A DNA stretch of 64,000 bases. Origin: an uncultured Acidobacteriota bacterium. Its GTDB lineage: Bacteria > Acidobacteriota > UBA6911. Positions 51,287-60,731 of this stretch are shown one piece after another. The stretch's first letter is position 1, and every line of letters starts with the position of its first letter. Position numbers and translations under genes: made by a program. The notes beneath the pieces were generated by a model that saw only the letters and a list, made by a program, of their open reading frames with translations, was not told the origin of the DNA and made no database searches. The DNA lies in NCBI GenBank assembly GCA_963827655.1, contig CAWHCF010000026.1:192001-256000 (forward strand), written 5' to 3'.

Positions 51287-51990
51287 TGGATTTTTTCAAT
51301 CTGTTCGTCGAGACGCCTGGCATCGGACTCGTCACCGTGTTTGCGCATGTCGTCCCGCAGCGCTTCGAGCTTCTTGCGGATGCGTTCCAGGTCCTTTTTA
51401 TGTTCCCGGCGGAACTGCTCCACTTCCTCTTTGGCTTGCCGGGCTCCGTTCCGGGTCAACTCGCTCAACTCACGCAGGGCTTCTTCCGCCTCCTTGCGAA
51501 ACCGTGAATTTCCAAGATTGCTTACCAGGCTGGCAGTCTGGTCGCTCAGCTGGCGCCAGTACTCCGCAGTCCACTTCTTTCCTTCCGCAATCCAGGAGGC
51601 GCCGGTCTGACGCTTTCCCTGAACCTTTTCGCCCTCCGAAAACAGGGAACCGGGTGAAGCGGGAGTCACGATCTCAATGGAACTGCTCCCAAGAACACCG
51701 CCGTAAGGCGCGGGTTTGAGATAGAACTCGGTGCCTCGAGTGATCTTGGGCACATAGTCTTCCTTGAGTTCGATTGTGACCCCGATCTGGTTGTCGACCA
51801 GGGGCTGAATCCCGGTTACTTTACCAACCGTGAATCCCTTCCAGGTCACGGGGGCCTCCGTCTCGAGGCCACCCGCGTCATCAAGAAGGACCACCAGAGA
51901 CAGGTTACGGCTTCCGGTGAGAATCCAGATCAGCGCTAGAGCGACCACCACCAGAATGGCAATACCGATCCAAAGACCTTTTCGAGACAT
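51280..51990 (-). CDS. MlaD/MCE-domain protein
   Basis: N-terminal TM; AGGLETEAPVTWKGFTVGKV; helical C-terminus. Confidence 0.8.
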   Translation of the reverse strand: MSRKGLWIGIAILVVVALALIWILTGSRNLSLVVLLDDAGGLETEAPVTWKGFTVGKVTGIQPLVDNQIGVTIELKEDYVPKITRGTEFYLKPAPYGGVLGSSSIEIVTPASPGSLFSEGEKVQGKRQTGASWIAEGKKWTAEYWRQLSDQTASLVSNLGNSRFRKEAEEALRELSELTRNGARQAKEEVEQFRREHKKDLERIRKKLEALRDDMRKHGDESDARRLDEQIEKIQN

Positions 51991-52070
51991 AGCGCCTCCG
52001 AAGAATCGGTGACAGGCTACCCTTTCCCCAATTTTAAGAGTACGGTTAATCATATTACCGGAGAGGAAAA

Positions 52071-52577
52071 TTGGATCTGAAAAATCGGCCGCGCATAGGA
52101 GTGGTAGGCCCTTCGGAATGCTCGCCCGAGGTCTGGAACCTCGCCCGCGAAGTCGGTTTCCTGATCGCGCGCGAGGGTGGAATTCTCATCTGCGGCGGGC
52201 GGTCCGGCGTCATGGAAGCAGCCGCAAGCGGCGCGAAGCAGGCGGGCGGCGTGACCGTCGGAATTCTTCCGGGCCGGACCGCCTCGGAAGCAAATTCGAG
52301 CATCGACATACCGATTGTTACCGACATGGGTCATGCTCGGAACGTGATCAATGTCCTGACCAGCCAGGTCATCATTGCCGTGCATGGAGCTTACGGGACG
52401 TTGTCGGAGATCGCGTTGGCTTTGGCGTGCGGGAGGCCGGTGGTTGGACTGCAGACCTGGTCTTTGACTCCGCCCGAGGGTTCACTGCCTCCGTCGGTAA
52501 TGCTTGCCCGCACAGCGGCTGAAGCGGTTGCCAGCGCATTTCGGCTGATCCGCGAGACGCCGCCGCAACCCAAGTGA
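52071..52577 (+). CDS. TIGR00725-like (LOG/SLOG superfamily) protein
   Basis: CGGRSGVMEAA, VGILPG, ARNVIN, GAYGTLSEIA. Confidence 0.85.
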   Translation: MDLKNRPRIGVVGPSECSPEVWNLAREVGFLIAREGGILICGGRSGVMEAAASGAKQAGGVTVGILPGRTASEANSSIDIPIVTDMGHARNVINVLTSQVIIAVHGAYGTLSEIALALACGRPVVGLQTWSLTPPEGSLPPSVMLARTAAEAVASAFRLIRETPPQPK

Positions 52578-52691
52578 TCTTCGTATTTCTTGGCGTCTTC
52601 GCGTCTTCGTGGTTACGAAGCAACCCAAGAATTTTCGCAACTTTTTCGGCCAATCTGTGTTTGGGTTCTCATGGAGCACCTTCTTTGAGGA

Positions 52692-53344
52692 TGGTGGAAG
52701 TGGAGATCGCACTCCCATGGAATTTGCTGGCAGTCATGCGTGAAGACACCCAGCCGGCGGCCCTCGATATCGACGTCGAGTTGATGCTCGGGTTCCAGGC
52801 TGGTGATCTTCAGGCTTTCGATAAGCTCTTTTCCCGCCACGCGCGTTCGGTCGTGAATTTCGCCTACCGCTTTGTCCGAAACCGCGAGGTGGCGGAGGAA
52901 CTGGCTCAGGAAATATTTCTCAAGGTCCACGATGCGGCTCCGGAATACCGCCCGGAAGCCAAATTCACCACCTGGTTATTTCGCATCGCGACCAATGTCT
53001 GCTTGAATGAAATACGCCGGCCGTATTTCAAGGCCACCCATCGCTCGCTGGACACAAGCGCTACCGATGATTGCGAGCGGCCGGTGGAACTGGAGGATAC
53101 CGAACGGCCGGGACCCCAGGCGGCAATGGAGAGGCGCGCGGTAGCCGCAGCGCTGAAGGATGCCCTGGAGCGATTGCCGGAGAAACAGCGCCTGGCCTTT
53201 ATCTTGAACAAATACCAGGATCTTTCTTATGCTGAGGTTGCCGAGGTGATGAAGATCAGCGAGAAAGCCGTAAAGTCACTGATCCACAGAGCCAAGGAGG
53301 CCATGGCGGAACGCCTGAGGCCGTTGTCGGCGGAGTTATTGTGA
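52692..53344 (+). CDS. ECF sigma-70 factor (start 52692 or 52737)
   Basis: AEELAQEIFLKV, FTTWLFRIATN, LPEKQR, LSYAEVAEVM. Confidence 0.9.
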
Positions 53345-53345
53345 A

Positions 53346-53867
53346 ATGAATTGCGCGGATACTCAGACCAGGCTGAAAGTCTTCTTGAGCGGCAAGCTGG
53401 AAGGGACCGAGTCTCGGAATGTTCGTTTACACCTCGCGTCGTGTCCTCGCTGCGCATCGCTCTTGAACCCGGTGGATCGCGTCGAGATTCTGCCTGCGAT
53501 CGACGAGAACCTTGAACTGTCGGAAAGCTTTCATGATCGCTTCCTCTCGCGGCTGGAGGCTCACCGGGCCAGGCAGGGTGGAGCGCGGCACGATTCAGGC
53601 TTCTGGTGGAACCGGCTTTTTCAATGGAGCATGCCACGCAGACTGGCCGCTGCCGGGAGTCTGGCAGCGGTTTTGTTCCTGGGAGTCTATTGGGCGGTTT
53701 TCAGGGTAAATGAGGATCTCGATGCTCTGCCGGCGGACATTACCATCGCGGAGAACCTTCCGTTATTGAGAGACATGAAGGTCATTGAAAACCTTGATCT
53801 GCTCGAGGACTTTGAATCAATCCAGGAGCTGGGAGCCGGCAGCAAATCTGCCACAGCGGTCCATTAG
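53346..53867 (+). CDS. zf-HC2 anti-sigma factor
   Basis: HLASCPRC motif + TM helix. Confidence 0.85.
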   Translation: MNCADTQTRLKVFLSGKLEGTESRNVRLHLASCPRCASLLNPVDRVEILPAIDENLELSESFHDRFLSRLEAHRARQGGARHDSGFWWNRLFQWSMPRRLAAAGSLAAVLFLGVYWAVFRVNEDLDALPADITIAENLPLLRDMKVIENLDLLEDFESIQELGAGSKSATAVH

Positions 53868-53903
53868 CATCTTTTCCGGTTCGATAATTAACAGAGATGC
53901 CGG

Positions 53904-54212
53904 GTGAAAAGATTGCAATGTTGCGGGTTCGCCCTATGGCTGGCGATAGCGCTGCTGGCGCCGGCCTCGGAGGAAGTGCCGGCGCAAAACGGGAAACCGC
54001 CTGCGCCTGCCTCCGCTCCGGCCCTCAGCGCCGAAGACAAAGAGATTCTAAAGTATCGCGACCTGCTGGAAAACTTTGAGTTGCTTCAAAACCTGGAGAA
54101 AATCAAGTACCTGGATTTCTTCACCGAGAAGAAAGAAAGAAAAAGCGGGGCGAAGCCCGCAGGCAAAGAAAATGCGCGCAAGGACAGCAGCGCCACGCCA
54201 AAACCCAAGTGA
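53904..54212 (+). CDS. Small secreted protein of the ECF cassette
   Basis: Signal peptide; DLLENFELLQNLE resembles the anti-sigma C-terminus (ENLDLLEDFE). Confidence 0.6.
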   Translation: MKRLQCCGFALWLAIALLAPASEEVPAQNGKPPAPASAPALSAEDKEILKYRDLLENFELLQNLEKIKYLDFFTEKKERKSGAKPAGKENARKDSSATPKPK

Positions 54213-54231
54213 ATCGGGCGGGTCCCGGCGT

Positions 54232-54834
54232 TTGAGCGCGGCAGCGAAAAATCCATCACCGCGGCGCCAAGCGGCTCGTCGTTTAGCGGCCGCTTCAATC
54301 ATAGCCCTGATTTTGATTCTCGGCAGCGTCACTGCGTGGGCCCAGACGTCGCCCTCCGATCAGATAGAAGAGTGGAACAAGCTCACACCGGAACAGAAAG
54401 AGACACTGCGGCGAAGATACCAGGCCTTCAAACGATTGACACCGGAGCAACAGCAGGAGATTCTGGAAAACCGCGAACAGCTCCGGAAGATGGCCCCTGC
54501 GGAGCGGAAGATCGTGCTGGAGAATTACTCGGCTTTCCAGCAACTCACGCCCGAAGAGCAAAGATTTCTGCACCAGAAGTTCCAGCGCTGGAAGCGACTG
54601 CCTCCCGAGCGACGGGAACAGCTTCGAAATAACTACCGGCGCTTTCTTCAGATGACCCCTGAGCAGCGAAGCCGCTTCCTCGAAAACTACCGCGTTTGGC
54701 GTAAGATGACACCCGAAGAGCGCGCTCGTTTGCGCCGCGAGAGTCGGACGTCGGATCCGGCGAGCCGGAAGAAAACCTCGGGAGAACGCGGCCCGGATAC
54801 ACCTCCCAGCAAACGCAACCAGGAGCGCCCCTAG
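54232..54834 (+). CDS. DUF3106-family protein
   Basis: Signal followed by W/F-xxL(T/P)PE-Q/E-R 18-aa repeats; start uncertain. Confidence 0.75.
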   Translation: MSAAAKNPSPRRQAARRLAAASIIALILILGSVTAWAQTSPSDQIEEWNKLTPEQKETLRRRYQAFKRLTPEQQQEILENREQLRKMAPAERKIVLENYSAFQQLTPEEQRFLHQKFQRWKRLPPERREQLRNNYRRFLQMTPEQRSRFLENYRVWRKMTPEERARLRRESRTSDPASRKKTSGERGPDTPPSKRNQERP

Positions 54835-54910
54835 CGCTTTAGTCGAGTCTTTGCGTCTTCGTCGGTAGGTATTTGTGCCGCCGTACACCACGAAGACCGA
54901 GGCAAGGAAA

Positions 54911-54940
54911 TTGACAATCTTCCGGAATGCGTGGCATGAT
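54911..54940 (+). promoter_or_regulatory. Candidate sigma70 promoter
   Basis: TTGACA-18 nt-CATGAT upstream of moaB. Confidence 0.4.
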
Positions 54941-55007
54941 TTCCGCCAACATTTTCCGCTGCGTACGCCCTTTCGGTTAAGAACCGCACCGAGGGGAGAA
55001 CGAAATC

Positions 55008-55532
55008 ATGCCCGAAGCCAGATTGAAGGACACGGTCGAGGAACACAAAAAGAAGTCCCAGATCCGAGCGAATGTCGCGGTGATCACGCTTTCCAGCTCT
55101 CGTTCGCCCGCTAACGACGAGTCTGGCGACATCATTCAGCAGCTGCTGGAGGACAACGGACACAAGGTTGCTTTGAGGAAGCTCATCTCGGACAGCCGCA
55201 ACGTTCTTCGAGCCACATTGCGCGAACTGATTCGCCAGAAGAACGTGGACACCATTATCACTACTGGAGGAACGGGATTGGCATCGTCGGATATCACCAT
55301 CGAGACCGTGCGTCCGATGCTGGAGAAAGAGCTTCCTGGATTTACCTCGCTGTTCATGCTTCTCAGTTACCCGCAGGCCAAGAGCGCGGCCATGCTCTCC
55401 CGGGCCACAGCGGGAACCATCAAGGGCAAGCTGGTTTTCTGCCTTCCCGGTAGTCCACGCGCATGCAAGATGGCGACTGAATCCCTGATTCTTCCGGAAC
55501 TCGGCCACATGCTGATGTTACTGCGAGCCTGA
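55008..55532 (+). CDS. moaB: Molybdenum cofactor biosynthesis protein MoaB/Mog
   Basis: DESG, ITTGGTG, DITIE, LPGF, AMLSRA, LPGSP. Confidence 0.85.
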   Translation: MPEARLKDTVEEHKKKSQIRANVAVITLSSSRSPANDESGDIIQQLLEDNGHKVALRKLISDSRNVLRATLRELIRQKNVDTIITTGGTGLASSDITIETVRPMLEKELPGFTSLFMLLSYPQAKSAAMLSRATAGTIKGKLVFCLPGSPRACKMATESLILPELGHMLMLLRA

Positions 55533-56212
55533 TGTCCGCTGCGTGGCCCCGGACCTGCCGGCTGTTTCTTTTCGATCTCGATGGAACGCTCATTGACTCG
55601 AAGGAGGATATCGCTCGTTCGGTAAACCTGACCCTGGCCCGGCTGCAGCTTTCGCAGATCCCGGTGAGGCAGGTCGCTACTTTTGTCGGTGACGGCGTGC
55701 AGAAGCTGATTGAGCGCAGCCTCCGGCAGGCCTCGGGAAGGGAGCCCGACAGCCAGGAGGTGAGCCGAGGGATCACGCTGTTTCTTCAAGAATACGAGGG
55801 CCATCTTCTGGACTCCACGCGGCTTTACCCTGGGGTCGAATCAGTCCTGGACCGCCTGTCGTGGGCTTCCCTCGCAGTCGTGAGTAATAAGCCCGAGAGA
55901 TTGTCTCGGCGCATCCTTGAGGGCCTTGCCGTCGACGATCGCTTCTGTGTGATTCTCGGCGGCGACAGCACACCTTTTCGCAAGCCAGACCCGGCTCCCC
56001 TGCGCCACGCGATGGCGCTATGCCGTGCGGCTCCGCATGAGTCCGTCATGGTAGGGGATAGCCCGGTTGATATAAACGCGGGCCACTCCGCGGGTACCAT
56101 GACTTGCGGAATTTCGGGTGGGTTTGGAAGCCGGCGAGAGTTGGAAGCAGCCGGGTGCGACCTGGTGCTCGAAGGCCTTCACCAGCTTCCGGATTTCTTC
56201 CAACCGCCCTGA
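55532..56212 (+). CDS. gph: HAD phosphatase, phosphoglycolate phosphatase-like
   Basis: FDLDGTLIDS, VSNK, KPDP, MVGDS. Confidence 0.75.
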   Translation: MSAAWPRTCRLFLFDLDGTLIDSKEDIARSVNLTLARLQLSQIPVRQVATFVGDGVQKLIERSLRQASGREPDSQEVSRGITLFLQEYEGHLLDSTRLYPGVESVLDRLSWASLAVVSNKPERLSRRILEGLAVDDRFCVILGGDSTPFRKPDPAPLRHAMALCRAAPHESVMVGDSPVDINAGHSAGTMTCGISGGFGSRRELEAAGCDLVLEGLHQLPDFFQPP

Positions 56213-56214
56213 TC

Positions 56215-56307
56215 AATTGCGGATTGCAGATTTCGGATTGCGGATTGGACGCTGGATCAGACGTTCTGATCAGCGCCCAATCCGCAATCCGCAATCGAAA
56301 TCCGAAT
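56215..56307. repeat. Inverted heptamer hairpin (GATTGCG)n / (AATCCGC)n between convergent genes
   Basis: 56215-56248 and 56277-56307. Confidence 0.85.
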
Positions 56308-56308
56308 G

Positions 56309-57085
56309 TTATTGGGGTTTCGGCGTGGTGCCGAAATCGATCGTGGCCTTGGACCCGAAGCGCTTGTAATCTTCGTAGGTGATGGTTTCTTCGATGTGAA
56401 CCGTGTTCCCAGGGAATTTGAGCTGGCTATCTGCATGGGTCCAGACCGGAAACCAGTATTTCTCGTCTACAATCTGCCGGATGGTTTCGAAGTCCGGATA
56501 CTTGTTATCTCTTGACTGCGGCACAGGTTTTCCGATGGTTCGAACGACCTGGAGGTCCTCATCGTCTACCCAGATCTTCCCCTGAAAATAGATCTTGCGG
56601 TTGTCGATTCGCTTGGGTTTGACTGAGAAAACGTAGCAGTTGAGTTCGTCGACTCTTTCCTTCCCTTCGTACTTCAGCTCGTATTGCGGCAACTCTTTGG
56701 CAGTCAGGGCAAAGGGTTGCAGATTGTTGAGCACCTCGGTGTCTTCAGGCGTCCAGCGCACGGATCGCAGCTCACCGCGCTTCTGAACCAGCTTTACCTC
56801 GCGGGTTCCGTCGTCCTTGAAGATGATCTCCGAAACCAGGCTCAGACGTTCCCTCGAGGGTCTTCCGTCCACGGACACCACTTTAACCTCGGCGATCTGT
56901 CGATAGGAATACTGCATCCAGGCTTCGTAAAACTCCGTCTCCTTGGCCGAGAACGCCTTGATGACCTCGTCAGGGCTAAGGTTCTGTTTCTTCGCCTCTT
57001 GAGATGACAGCCCGGGCATTTGCAAGAGAAGCATCCCGAGCACGAGCAGACGTCCCGATCTGGTAAGCCAGGATTGTTTCGCCAT
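56309..57085 (-). CDS. Secreted hypothetical protein (outer-membrane lipoprotein-sorting-like)
   Basis: Signal peptide; CYVFSVKPK...FQGKIWVD...YWFP. Confidence 0.65.
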   Translation of the reverse strand: MAKQSWLTRSGRLLVLGMLLLQMPGLSSQEAKKQNLSPDEVIKAFSAKETEFYEAWMQYSYRQIAEVKVVSVDGRPSRERLSLVSEIIFKDDGTREVKLVQKRGELRSVRWTPEDTEVLNNLQPFALTAKELPQYELKYEGKERVDELNCYVFSVKPKRIDNRKIYFQGKIWVDDEDLQVVRTIGKPVPQSRDNKYPDFETIRQIVDEKYWFPVWTHADSQLKFPGNTVHIEETITYEDYKRFGSKATIDFGTTPKPQ

Positions 57086-57179
57086 AGCCCAATTAGATTA
57101 CCAAATGTGCCTGTTGTTTCAGTAGCGTTTTTCAGATCTTTGTATTACTAGTTCGTAACTTCTTGCTTTTTTGGCAAGA

Positions 57180-57270
57180 TTCTTGGTGTTTCTTCGTGTC
57201 TTTGAGTCTTCGTGGTATTTGTTAGACAGCTCTAACCACGAAGGCACGAAGATACAAAGAAACACTAAGA
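57180..57270. repeat. 9-bp-period inverted repeat element
   Basis: TTCTTGGTGTTTCTTCGTGTC...GTTAGACAGCTCTAAC-CACGAAGGCACGAAGATACAAAGAAACACTAAGA. Confidence 0.8.
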
Positions 57271-57352
57271 GCACTTCGGTTGCGGCCTCGCGGCTGCGTT
57301 AGGATTTCTTGAAACCACCGCGAAGATTCCGTGGCCGTGCCTGGGAATGGGC

Positions 57353-57826
57353 CTAGCGGCCAACCTTGCGGTAGACTGAATTCAAGAGCCGCGAGTTAGA
57401 AACCAGGTACCTTGCTTCCAGGGCGAAGCAATAACTGTTGGAGAGGAAAGCTGCCCAGCCCAGAATGTGATGCACCCACACGGGAACCACCCTGGTGTGG
57501 GTGCCGCCGCCCAAAATGAACTGTGCCATCGTGAGCAGGATGGCCACCATCATCGACGGAAATAGTCTGTTTTTGTAAAGAATTGTCTCCTGTACGACTT
57601 CCGGGCCAAGACCATGCTCTCGCGCCAGCTCTTTGATGTGCTTGCCGGTTCCGATGAAGAAAAACATAGTCATGCTGTGGCCCAGGGAGAGCAGAAATGT
57701 CGAGGCCAGCGACAACGAGAAGTGCCGGGAGAATGCACCCGGACCCGGTATCCGGTATCCGTAGTATATGGAGGCTCCCTGTACGAGGAGACCGAGAAGA
57801 AGGGCCGTCAAAAGAGCGCTTGCCAT
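57353..57826 (-). CDS. Four-TM hypothetical membrane protein
   Basis: Four hydrophobic segments, several His; MFFFIGTG motif. Confidence 0.65.
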   Translation of the reverse strand: MASALLTALLLGLLVQGASIYYGYRIPGPGAFSRHFSLSLASTFLLSLGHSMTMFFFIGTGKHIKELAREHGLGPEVVQETILYKNRLFPSMMVAILLTMAQFILGGGTHTRVVPVWVHHILGWAAFLSNSYCFALEARYLVSNSRLLNSVYRKVGR

Positions 57827-57932
57827 GGGTACGGAGTCTAGTTCACGCGAACGCGGCGATCAACTGCCTTGACCGGTCCGCAAAATTGTCTGCGCGACGA
57901 ATACCGCTAAGACACAAAGGAAAAAACAGACG

Positions 57933-58667
57933 ATGCGCGCGAGTCCGCTGGATAACATCACGATCGTGCTGGTCGGAACCAAGTACCCTGGGAACATCGG
58001 ATCGGTGGCCCGCGCGATGTGGAATATGGGACTCGATCATCTGCGGCTGGCGCGCCCCGTGTGCGCCATAGACGAGGAATCCCGGCGCATGGCGAGAAGC
58101 GGCGACGCTGTCCTCGCCCGGGCGAGGGTCCATCGCTCTCTCCAGGCTGCCCTGCGCGGCATTCGCTTGACCGTGGGGACTACAGCCAAGACCGGAGGTT
58201 ACCGGAGACGGGCCCAGACCCCTCGAATAATGGCGCCCCAAATCGTGGCGCAGGCCGCCCGGCAGAAAGTCGCCATAGTCTTCGGGCCTGAAGATACAGG
58301 CCTGGTGGATCAGGACCTTCGCCTCTGTCACATGCTGGTTCGTATCCCGACGCACCGGCGAGGTCGCAGCATCAATGTGGCTCAATCGGTCATGCTCCTT
58401 TGCTATGAGCTTTATCTTGCGCAATCGAACCGAAACGTTTCTCAACCCCTGGCACTCGCGCCGGTTGAGCAGCTCGAGGCCATGTACCAACAGCTCCAGG
58501 AAGCCCTGCTCGAAGCCGGGTTTCTTCACTCGAAGAATACGGACCATATGATGTTTGCGCTGCGCCGCTTGCTGGGCCGGGCGGGACTGGAAGATTCTGA
58601 CGTGGCGATTCTCCGCGGGATCGCCCGCCAGATCGCCTGGCACGCAAAGCGGGCGCCGAATTCCTAG
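57933..58667 (+). CDS. trmJ: TrmJ/TrmH-family SPOUT RNA methyltransferase
   Basis: PGNIGSVARAM, VFGPEDTGL, SINVAQSV, ILRGI. Confidence 0.8.
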   Translation: MRASPLDNITIVLVGTKYPGNIGSVARAMWNMGLDHLRLARPVCAIDEESRRMARSGDAVLARARVHRSLQAALRGIRLTVGTTAKTGGYRRRAQTPRIMAPQIVAQAARQKVAIVFGPEDTGLVDQDLRLCHMLVRIPTHRRGRSINVAQSVMLLCYELYLAQSNRNVSQPLALAPVEQLEAMYQQLQEALLEAGFLHSKNTDHMMFALRRLLGRAGLEDSDVAILRGIARQIAWHAKRAPNS

Positions 58668-58781
58668 CGGGATCTTTGCGTCTTCCCGACTTTATGGTAA
58701 AAGGCTGATAATAGACTCCACTGCCAGGACCCGAGTCGCATTAAGAGGGGCGTCGTTCCGGCGAGGAGCAGGACTTGCGAC

Positions 58782-59537
58782 ATGAAAGAAAGAGCAGCAT
58801 CTATCTCGGCCTTTTTTCCTGCCTATAACGACGTCGGATCGATCGGCAAGATAGTCCACACCATGGCGTGGATGCTGCCGAGACTGACGGATGACTTCGA
58901 AGTCGTCATCGTGGATGACGGGTCGACCGATGGCACAGGCGCCCTCCTGGATCTTCTGGCTCGCGAGTACGCTTTCCTGAGAATCATCCATCACGGTGTC
59001 AATCGAGGCTACGGCGCCGCGCTGATCACGGGGTTCGCGAATTGTTCGAAGGAATTGATATTCTACACGGACGGCGATGGACAGTACGATGTTGAGGAGC
59101 TGCCGAAGCTTTTGGATGCGTTCGACGATGGGGTCGACATCGTAAACGGCTATAAGATCAGCCGGTCGGATCCCAGACACAGGATCATCATCGGCCGGAT
59201 GTATCAGTTTCTCATGCGTGCGCTGTTCCGATTGAACGTTCGCGACGTTGATTGCGATTTCCGGCTCTTCCGACGAAGGGTGTTCGAGCGGGTCGAGCTT
59301 ACTTGCGACAGCGGTGTGATCTGCGTGGAAATGATGAAGAAGTTTCAGGCCAACGGTTGCCGAATGGCGGAAGTCCCGGTCCACCACTACCACCGGTCCA
59401 GCGGGCGAAGCCAGTTTTTTAGTTTCAAGCATCTCCGTCGTGTCTTCATCCAGCTTTTTTCAGCCTGGTGGAAACTGGTCGTGCGGCGCGAACTGACGCG
59501 CCACAACGTGGGAGAAGCAGTAAGCAGCAGGCAGTAA
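58782..59537 (+). CDS. GT2 glycosyltransferase (DPM synthase-like)
   Basis: PAYND, VDDGSTDGT, NRGYGAA, TDGDGQY. Confidence 0.9.
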   Translation: MKERAASISAFFPAYNDVGSIGKIVHTMAWMLPRLTDDFEVVIVDDGSTDGTGALLDLLAREYAFLRIIHHGVNRGYGAALITGFANCSKELIFYTDGDGQYDVEELPKLLDAFDDGVDIVNGYKISRSDPRHRIIIGRMYQFLMRALFRLNVRDVDCDFRLFRRRVFERVELTCDSGVICVEMMKKFQANGCRMAEVPVHHYHRSSGRSQFFSFKHLRRVFIQLFSAWWKLVVRRELTRHNVGEAVSSRQ

Positions 59538-59612
59538 GCAGCAACAACTTTCCGAATCCCCGGTGCCTGCTGCCTACTGCTTCTCTACTGCCTGCCGCCT
59601 ATTGCCTGCTGC
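59516..59612. repeat. Inverted heptamer arrays (GCAGYAR)n / (CTGCCTR)n inside an operon
   Basis: 59516-59542 and 59564-59612. Confidence 0.8.
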
Positions 59613-59615
59613 TCT

Positions 59616-60731
59616 ATGCTGATCCCATTCCTGGATCTCAGCCGCGAATCCGAGCGCTACCGCGCCGAGATCGCGCGCGCGGTCAGTCGCGTTACCGAAG
59701 CCGGCTGGTACGTTCTCGGACCAGAATTGGCCGCTTTCGAGAAGGAGTTTGCGATTTATTTCAACGTGCCATTTGCCGTCGGTGTCGGAACGGGAACCGA
59801 CGCGCTCACTCTGGCGCTCGAATCCAGCGCCGCCATCGTCCCAGGGGAGGACCACGAAGTCTTGACCTCGGCTCTGTCGGCCGGTTTTACGGCTTTGGCC
59901 ATTTATCGCGCTGGTGCGATCCCCAGATTTGTCGACATCGATCCAAAGACACTGCAGTTGAATCCGGCACGGCTGGAGTCTCTTATCGGACCCCAGACTC
60001 GAGCGATTGTTCCCGTCCACCTCTACGGGCATAGCTGCGACATGGAGGCGATTGGGCGCGTCGCCGCGCGGCATGGCCTGGCCATTATCGAGGATGCATG
60101 TCAGGCGCACGGCGCTCGCCTGAATGGAAAGCTGCTGGGAACCCTGGGCGTGGCCGGAGCGTTCAGCTTCTATCCGACCAAAAACCTTGGAGCTCTGGGA
60201 GACGGAGGAATGCTGGTGACCCACGATGAAGAGACCTATCACCGCGCTCGCAAGCTCCGGCACGGAGGCCAGAGCCGGACTCATTATCACGGGCTCCTGG
60301 GAAGAAATTCCCGGCTGGATGAAATTCAGGCTGCCATCCTTCGATTCAAGCTGGAGAATCTGGAAGCTCGAAACCAGAAGCGCAGGAAGATGGCCGAACG
60401 CTACGATCGGGCTTTGTCGGGGCTCGATCTGGCGATACTTCCTGCAGACGACAGACTGCTTTTGAACCGGCACCTCTACGTCGTGCGCACTCCGCGGCGG
60501 GAGCCAATCCGCGCATTCTTGCAGGAGAAGGGAATTGAAACCCTGGTGCACTATCCAACTCCCCTGCCCAGCCAGCCGGCATTTCAACGATTCGTTCTAC
60601 CGGGCCAGACCTTCCCTGAGGCCGAGGCCGCCACCCGTGAGATCTTTTCACTTCCGCTTTATCCTGAACTCACTGAGGATGAGTTCCAACATGTGGTGGA
60701 AAACTTGAATGAGTTTTTCGAGCGGTCATGA
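59616..60731 (+). CDS. DegT/DnrJ/EryC1/StrS aminotransferase
   Basis: VHLYG, IEDACQAHG, SFYPTKNLGALGDGG, NSRLDEIQAA. Confidence 0.9.
   Translation: MLIPFLDLSRESERYRAEIARAVSRVTEAGWYVLGPELAAFEKEFAIYFNVPFAVGVGTGTDALTLALESSAAIVPGEDHEVLTSALSAGFTALAIYRAGAIPRFVDIDPKTLQLNPARLESLIGPQTRAIVPVHLYGHSCDMEAIGRVAARHGLAIIEDACQAHGARLNGKLLGTLGVAGAFSFYPTKNLGALGDGGMLVTHDEETYHRARKLRHGGQSRTHYHGLLGRNSRLDEIQAAILRFKLENLEARNQKRRKMAERYDRALSGLDLAILPADDRLLLNRHLYVVRTPRREPIRAFLQEKGIETLVHYPTPLPSQPAFQRFVLPGQTFPEAEAATREIFSLPLYPELTEDEFQHVVENLNEFFERS

Noticed and set aside
57171-57187. Possible sigma54 promoter TTGGCAAGATTCTTGG
   Set aside because: Lacks the -12 GC and overlaps the 9-mer repeat
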